A DNA stretch of 64,000 nt from Eledone cirrhosa (taxonomy: Eukaryota): contig OZ024740.1 of assembly GCA_964016885.1 (NCBI GenBank), positions 35,216,001-35,280,000 of the forward strand, written 5' to 3'. The translations under genes were made by a program, and so were the position numbers. Under the pieces are notes generated by a model. It worked only from the letters and a program-made list of their open reading frames with translations. It was not told the DNA's origin and ran no database searches. This document shows, one piece after another, positions 55,601 to 64,000 of this stretch; the first letter of the stretch is position 1, and each line of letters starts with the position of its first letter.

Positions 55601-58600
55601 TTGGTTAATATTGTTGATAGGTGAGGACGAGATAGAGGCAAGCAGTGACAGTTAAGGTCTTGGTTAATATTATTGATAAGTGAGGACGAGATAGAGGCAA
55701 GCAGTGACAGTTAAGGTCTTGGTTAATATTGTTGATAGGTGAGGACGAGATAGAGGTAAGCAGTGACAGTTAAGGTCTTGGTTAATATTATTGATAGGTG
55801 AGGACGAGATAGAGGCAAGCAGTGACAGTTAAGGTCTTGGTTAATATTGTTGATAGGTGAGGACGAGATAGAGCAAAGCAGTGACAGTTAAGGTCTTGGT
55901 TAATATTGTTGATAATTGAGGACGAGATAGAGGCATGCAGTGACAGTTAAGGTCTTGGTTAATATTATTGATAATTGAGGACGTGATAGAGGCAAGCAGT
56001 GACAGTTAAGGTCTTGGTTAATATTATTGATAGGTGAGGACGAGATAGAGGCAAGCAGTGACAGTTAAGGTCTTGGTTAATATTATTGATAATTGAGGAC
56101 GAGATAGAGGCAAGCAGTGACATTTAAGGTCTTGGTTAATATTATTGTTAATTGAGGACGAGATAGAGGCAAGCAGTGACAGTTAAGGTCTTGGTTAATA
56201 TTGTTCATAATTGAGGACGAGATAGAGGCAAGCAGTGACAGTTAAGGTCTTGGTTAACATTATTGATAGGTGAGGACGAGATAGAGGTAAGCAGTGACAG
56301 TTAAGGTCTTGGTTAATATTATTGATAGGTGAGGACGAGATAGAGGGAAGCAGTGACAGTTAAGGTCTTGGTTAATATTATTGATAGGTGGGGACGAGAT
56401 AGAGGCAAGCAGTGACAGTTAAGGTCTTAGTTAATATTATTGATAGGTGAGGACGAGATAGAGGTAAGCAGTGACAGTTAAGGTCTTGGTTAATATTATT
56501 GATAGGTGAGGACGAGATAGAGGGAAGCAGTGACAGTTAAGGTCTTGGTTAACATTATTGATAGGTGAGGACGAGATAGAGGTAAGCAGTGACAGTTAAG
56601 GTCTTGGTTAATATTATTGATAGGTGGGGACGAGATAGAGGCAAGCAGTGACAGTTAAGGTCTTAGTTAATATTGTTGATAGGTGGGGACGAGATAGAGG
56701 CAAGCAGTGACAGTTAAGGTCTTAGTTAATATTGTTGATAGGTGGGGACGAGATAGAGGCAAGCAGTGACAGTTAAGGTCTTAGTTAATATTGTTGATAG
56801 GTGGGGACGAGATAGAGGCAAGCAGTGACATTTAAGGTCTTGGTTAATATTGTTGATAGGTGAGGACGAGATAGAGGCAGCAGTGACAGTTAAGGTCTTG
56901 GTTAATATTGTTGATAGGTGAGGACGAGATAGAGGCAAGCAGTGACAGTTGAGGTCTTGGTTAATATTGTTGATAGGTGAGGACGAGATAGAGGTAAGCA
57001 GTGTCAGTTAAGGTCTTGGTTAATATTGTTGATAGGTGAGGACGAGATAGAGGCAAGCAGTGACAGTTAAGGTCTTGGTTAATATTGTTGATAGGTGAGG
57101 ACGAGATAGAGGCAAGCAGTGACAGTTAAGGTCTTGGTTAATATTATTGATAAGTGAGGACGAGATAGAGGCAAGCAGTGACAGTTAAGGTCTTGGTTAA
57201 TATTGTTGATAGGTGAGGACGAGATAGAAGCAAGCAGTGACAGTTAAGGTCTTGGTTAATATTATTGATAGGTGGGGACGAGATAGAGGCAAGCAGTGAC
57301 ATTTAAGGTCTTGGTTAATATTATTGATAATTGAGGACGAGATAGAGGCAAGCAGTGACTGTTAAGCGCTTGATTAATATTGTTGATAGGTGAGGACGAG
57401 ATAGAGGTAAGCAGTGACAATTAAGGTCTTGGTTAACATTATTGATAGGTGAGGACGAGATAGAGGTAAGCAGTGACAGTTAAGGTCTTGGTTAATATTA
57501 TTGATAGGTGAGGACGAGATAGTGGCAAGAAATGACAGTTAAGGTCTTGGTTAATATTGTTGATAGGTGAGGACGAGCTAAAGGCCAGCAGTGACAGTTA
57601 AGGTCTTGGTATTATTATTGATAGGTGAGGACGAGATAGAGGCAAGCAGTGACATTTAAGGTCTTGGTTAATATTGTTGATATGTGAGGACGAGAAAGAG
57701 GCAAGCAGTGACAGTTAAGGTATTGGTTAATATTTTTGATAGGTGAGGACGAGATGGAGTCAAGCAGTGACAGTTAAGGTCTTGGTATTATTATTGATAG
57801 GTGAAGACGAGATAGAAGGAAGCAGTGACAGTTAAGGTCTTGGTTAATATTATTGATAGGTTAGGACGAGATAGAGGTAAGCAGTGACAGTCAAGGTCTT
57901 GGTTAATATTATTGATAGGTGAGGACGAGATAGAGGCAAGCAGTGACAGTTAAGGTCTTGGTTAATATTGTTGATAGATCAGGACGGGATAGAGGTAAGC
58001 AGTTACAGTTAAGGTCTTGGTTAATATTATTGATAGGTGAGGACGAGATAGAGGCAAGCAGTGACAGTTAAGGTCTTGGTTAATATTGTTGATAGGTGAG
58101 GACGATATTGAGGTAAGCAATGACAGTTAAGGTCTTGGTTAATATTGTTGATAGGTGAGAACGAGATAGAGGTAAGCAGTGACAGTTAAGGTCTTGATTA
58201 ATATTGTTGATAGGTGAGGACGAGATAGAGGCAAGCAGTGACAGTTAAGGTCTTGGTTAATATTGTTGATAGGTGAGGACGAGATAGAGGGAAGTAGTGA
58301 CAGTTAAGGTCTTGGTTAATATTGTTGATAGGTGTGGACGAGATAGAGGCAATCAGTGACAGTTAAGGTCTTGGTTAATATCATGGATAGGTGAGGACGA
58401 GATAGAGGCAAGCAGTGACAGTTAAGGTCTTGGTTAATATTATTGATAATTGAGGACGTGATAGAGGCAAGCAGTGACAGTTAAGGTCTTGGTTAATATT
58501 ATTGATAGGTGAGGACGAGATAGAGGCAAGCAGTGACAGTTAAGGTCTTGGTTAATATTATTGATAATTGAGGACGAGATAGAGGCAAGCAGTGACAGTT

Positions 58601-61600
58601 AAGGTCTTGGTTAATATTGTTCATAATTGAGGACGAGATAGAGGCAAGCAGTGACAGTTAAGGTCTTGGTTAACATTATTGATAGGTGAGGACGAGATAG
58701 AGGTAAGCAGTGACAGTTAAGGTCTTGGTTAATATTATTGATAGGTGAGGACGAGATAGAGGGAAGCAGTGACAGTTAAGGTCTTGGTTAACATTATTGA
58801 TAGGTGAGGACGAGATAGAGGTAAGCAGTGACAGTTAAGGTCTTGGTTAATATTATTGATAGGTGAGGACGAGATAGAGGAAAGCAGTGACAGTTAAGGT
58901 CTTGGTTAATATTATTGATAGGTGGGGACGAGATAGAGGCAAGCAGTGACAGTTAAGGTCTTAGTTAATATTGTTGATAGGTGGGGACGAGATAGAGGCA
59001 AGCAGTGACAGTTAAGGTCTTAGTTAATATTGTTGATAGGTGGGGACGAGATAGAGGCAAGCAGTGACAGTTAAGGTCTTGGTTAATATTGTTGATAGGT
59101 GAGGACGAGATAGAGGCAAGCAGTGACAGTTAAGGTCTTGGTTAATATTGTTGATAGGTGAGGACGAGATAGAGGCAGCAGTGACAGTTAAGGTCTTGGT
59201 TAATATTGTTGATAGGTGAGGACGAGATAGAGGCAAGCAGTGACAGTTAAGGTCTTAGTTAATATTGTTGATAGGTGGGGATGAGATAGAGGCAAGCAGT
59301 GACAGTTGAGGTCTTGGTTAATATTGTTGATAAGTGAGGACGAGATAGAGGTAAACAGTGACAGTTAAGGTCTTGGTTAATATTGTTGATAGGTGAGGAC
59401 GAGATAGAGCAAAGCAGTGACAGTTAAGGTCTTAGTTAATATTGTTGATAGGTGAGGACGAGATAGAGGCAAGCAGTGAGAGTTAAGGTCTTGGTTAATA
59501 TTGTTGATAGGTGAGGATGAGATAGAGGCAAGCAGTGACAGTTAAGGTCTTGGTTAATATTGTTGATAGGCGAGGACGAGTTAGAGGCAAGCAGTGACAG
59601 TTAAGGTCTTGGTTAATATTATTGATAGGTGAGGACGAGATAGAGGCAAGCAGTGACAGTTAAGGTCTTGGTTAATATTGTTGATAGGTGAGGACGAGAT
59701 AGAGGCAAGCAGTGACAGTTAAGGTCTTGGTTAATATTATTGATAGGTGAGGACGAGATAGTGGCAAGAAATGACAGTTAAGGTCTTGGTTAATATTGTT
59801 GATAGGTGAGGACGAGCTAAAGGCCAGCAGTGACAGTTAAGGTCTTGCTTAATATTATTGATAGGTGAGGACGAGATAGAGGTAAGCAGTGACATTTATG
59901 GTCTTGGTTAATATTGTTGATAGGTGAGGACGAGATAGAGGCAAGCAGTGACAGTTAAGGACTTTGTTAATATTATTGATAGGTGAGGACGAGATAGAGG
60001 TAAGCAGTGACAGTTAAGGTCTTTGTTAATATTATTGATAGGTGAGGACGAGATAGAGGTAAGCAGTGACAGTTAAGGTCTTGGTTAATATTGTTGATAG
60101 GTGAGGACGAGATAGAGGCAAGCAGTGACAGTTAAGGTCTTGGTATTATTATTGATAGGTGAGGACGAGATAGAGGCAAGCAGTGACATTTAAGGTCTTG
60201 GTTAATATTGTTGATATGTGAGGACGAGAAAGAGGCAAGCAGTGACAGTTAAGGTATTGGTTAATATTTTTGATAGGTGAGGACGAGATGGAGTCAAGCA
60301 GTGACAGTTAAGGTCTTGGTATTATTATTGATAGGTGAGGACGAGATAGAAGCAAGCAGTGACAGTTAAGGTCTTGGTTAATATTATTGATAGGTTAGGA
60401 CGAGATAGAGGTAAGCAGTGACAGTCAAGGTCTTGGTTAATATTATTGATAGGTGAGGACGAGATAGAGGCAAGCAGTGACAGTTAAGGTCTTGGTTAAT
60501 ATTGTTGATAGATCAGGACGGGATAGAGGTAAGCAGTTACAGTTAAGGTCTTGGTTAATATTATTGATAGGTGAGGACGAGATAGAGGCAAGCAGTGACA
60601 GTTAAGGTCTTGGTTAATATTGTTGATAGGTGAGGACGATATTGAGGTAAGCAATGACAGTTAAGGTCTTGGTTAATATTGTTGATAGGTGAGAACGAGA
60701 TAGAGGTAAGCAGTGACAGTTAAGGTCTTGATTAATATTGTTGATAGGTGAGGACGAGATAGAGGCAAGCAGTGACAGTTAAGGTCTTGGTTAATATTGT
60801 TGATAGGTGAGGACGAGATAGAGGGAAGTAGTGACAGTTAAGGTCTTGGTTAATATTGTTGATAGGTGTGGACGAGATAGAGGCAATCAGTGACAGTTAA
60901 GGTCTTGGTTAATATCATGGATAGGTGAGGACGAGATAGAGGCAAGCAGTGACAGTTAAGGTCTTGGTTAATATTATTGATAATTGAGGACGTGATAGAG
61001 GCAAGCAGTGACAGTTAAGGTCTTGGTTAATATTATTGATAGGTGAGGACGAGATAGAGGCAAGCAGTGACAGTTAAGGTCTTGGTTAATATTATTGATA
61101 ATTGAGGACGAGATAGAGGCAAGCAGTGACAGTTAAGGTCTTGGTTAATATTGTTCATAATTGAGGACGAGATAGAGGCAAGCAGTGACAGTTAAGGTCT
61201 TGGTTAACATTATTGATAGGTGAGGACGAGATAGAGGTAAGCAGTGACAGTTAAGGTCTTGGTTAATATTATTGATAGGTGAGGACGAGATAGAGGGAAG
61301 CAGTGACAGTTAAGGTCTTGGTTAACATTATTGATAGGTGAGGACGAGATAGAGGTAAGCAGTGACAGTTAAGGTCTTGGTTAATATTATTGATAGGTGA
61401 GGACGAGATAGAGGAAAGCATTGACAGTTAAGGTCTTGGTTAATATTATTGATAGGTGGGGACGAGATAGAGGCAAGCAGTGACAGTTAAGGTCTTAGTT
61501 AATATTGTTGATAGGTGGGGACGAGATAGAGGCAAGCAGTGACAGTTAAGGTCTTAGTTAATATTGTTGATAGGTGGGGACGAGATAGAGGCAAGCAGTG

Positions 61601-64000
61601 ACAGTTAAGGTCTTGGTTAATATTGTTGATAGGTGAGGACGAGATAGAGGCAAGCAGTGACAGTTAAGGTCTTGGTTAATATTGTTGATAGGTGAGGACG
61701 AGATAGAGGCAGCAGTGACAGTTAAGGTCTTGGTTAATATTGTTGATAGGTGAGGACGAGATAGAGGCAAGCAGTGACAGTTAAGGTCTTAGTTAATATT
61801 GTTGATAGGTGGGGATGAGATAGAGGCAAGCAGTGACAGTTGAGGTCTTGGTTAATATTGTTGATAAGTGAGGACGAGATAGAGGTAAACAGTGACAGTT
61901 AAGGTCTTGGTTAATATTGTTGATAGGTGAGGACGAGATAGAGCAAAGCAGTGACAGTTAAGGTCTTAGTTAATATTGTTGATAGGTGAGGACGAGATAG
62001 AGGCAAGCAGTGAGAGTTAAGGTCTTGGTTAATATTGTTGATAGGTGAGGATGAGATAGAGGCAAGCAGTGACAGTTAAGGTCTTGGTTAATATTGTTGA
62101 TAGGCGAGGACGAGTTAGAGGCAAGCAGTGACAGTTAAGGTCTTGGTTAATATTATTGATAGGTGAGGACGAGATAGAGGCAAGCAGTGACAGTTAAGGT
62201 CTTGGTTAATATTGTTGATAGGTGAGGACGAGATAGAGGCAAGCAGTGACAGTTAAGGTCTTGGTTAATATTATTGATAGGTGAGGACGAGATAGTGGCA
62301 AGAAATGACAGTTAAGGTCTTGGTTAATATTGTTGATAGGTGAGGACGAGCTAAAGGCCAGCAGTGACAGTTAAGGTCTTGCTTAATATTATTGACAGGT
62401 GAGGACGAGATAGAGGCAAGCAGTGACATTTAAGGTCTTGGTTAATATTGTTGATATGTGAGGACGAGAAAGAGGCAAGCAGTGACAGTTAAGGTATTGG
62501 TTAATATTTTTGATAGGTGAGGACGAGATGGAGTCAAGCAGTGACAGTTAAGGTCTTGGTATTATTATTGATAGGTGAGGACGAGATAGAAGCAAGCAGT
62601 GACAGTTAAGGTCTTGGTTAATATTATTGATAGGTTAGGACGAGATAGAGGTAAGCAGTGACAGTCAAGGTCTTGGTTAATATTATTGATAGGTGAGGAC
62701 GAGATAGAGGCAAGCAGTGACAGTTAAGGTCTTGGTTAATATTGTTGATAGATCAGGACGGGATAGAGGTAAGCAGTTACAGTTAAGGTCTTGGTTAATA
62801 TTATTGATAGGTGAGGACGAGATAGAGGCAAGCAGTGACAGTTAAGGTCTTGGTTAATATTGTTGATAGGTGAGGACGATATTGAGGTAAGCAATGACAG
62901 TTAAGGTCTTGGTTAATATTGTTGATAGGTGAGAACGAGATAGAGGTAAGCAGTGACAGTTAAGGTCTTGATTAATATTGTTGATAGGTGAGGACGAGAT
63001 AGAGGCAAGCAGTGACAGTTAAGGTCTTGGTTAATATTGTTGATAGGTGAGGACGAGATAGAGGGAAGTAGTGACAGTTAAGGTCTTGGTTAATATTGTT
63101 GATAGGTGTGGACGAGATAGAGGCAATCAGTGACAGTTAAGGTCTTGGTTAATATTATGGATAGGTGAGGACGAGATAGAGGCAAGCAGTGACAGTTAAG
63201 GTCTTGGTTAATATTATTGATAATTGAGGACGTGATAGAGGCAAGCAGTGACAGTTAAGGTCTTGGTTAATATTATTGATAGGTGAGGACGAGATAGAGG
63301 CAAGCAGTGACAGTTAAGGTCTTGGTTAATATTATTGATAATTGAGGACGAGATAGAGGCAAGCAGTGACATTTAAGGTCTTGGTTAATATTATTGATAA
63401 TTGAGGACGAGATAGAGGCAAGCAGTGACAGTTAAGGTCTTGGTTAATATTGTTCATAATTGAGGACGAGATAGAGGCAAGCAGTGACAGTTAAGGTCTT
63501 GGTTAACATTATTGATAGGTGAGGACTAGATAGAGGTAAGCAGTGACAGTTAAGGTCTTGGTTAATATTATTGATAGGTGAGGACGAGATAGAGGGAAGC
63601 AGTGACAGTTAAGGTCTTGGTTAATATTATTGATAGGTGGGGACGAGATAGAGGTAAGCAGTGACAGTTAAGGTCTTGGTTAATATTATTGATAGGTGAG
63701 GACGAGATAGAGGAAAGCAGTGACAGTTAAGGTCTTGGTTAATATTATTGATAGGTGAGGACGAGATAGAGGTAAGCAGTGACAGTTAAGGTCTTGGTTA
63801 ATATTATTGATAGGTGAGGACGAGATAGAGGGAAGCAGTGACAGTTAAGGTCTTGGTTAACATTATTGATAGGTGAGGACGAGATAGAGGTAAGCAGTGA
63901 CAGTTAAGGTCTTGGTTAATATTATTGATAGGTGAGGACGAGATAGAGGAAAGCAGTGACAGTTAATGTCTTGGTTAATATTATTGATAGGTGGGGACGA
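46608..64000. repeat. 59-bp satellite, right block (~295 monomers) with higher-order structure, running off the right edge
   Basis: Direct periodicity. Diagnostic variant monomers recur roughly every 2-3 kb. Confidence 0.98.

Noticed and set aside
48365-61770. Recurrent 68-70 aa ORFs (MPLSRPHLS...)
   Set aside because: Created by a 1-bp-deleted satellite monomer; useful only as HOR markers.
23877-64000. CRISPR-like regular repeats
   Set aside because: Head-to-tail monomers with no unique spacers, no cas genes, and a eukaryotic context.

Overview
Repeat-dominated animal (eukaryotic) DNA with no host protein-coding gene. The SINEs recall cephalopod/octopus families, but that is from memory and unverified. 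Layout: a 30-bp satellite (1-~17.86 kb); a 22-bp minisatellite (18.3-21.45 kb) interrupted by a 1.2-kb insert; a ~2.4-kb island of old mobile DNA (two tRNA-derived SINEs, a decayed hAT transposase, a Penelope-like remnant); then a 59-bp satellite from ~23.88 kb to the window end. Main result: three nearly identical copies of one Tx1/L1-type non-LTR retrotransposon (CCHC ORF1; APE endonuclease-RT-zinc finger ORF2) sit in the 59-bp satellite at the same monomer nucleotide and in the same orientation. One copy is full length with a 13-bp TSD, two have different 5' truncations, and none has a poly(A) tail. This points to a satellite-targeting, sequence-specific retrotransposon. Two minimal type I hammerhead ribozyme motifs lie on the minus strand (20.2 kb well formed, 23.5 kb degenerate). 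The long ORFs in the satellites are periodicity artefacts. All coordinates were read by eye.
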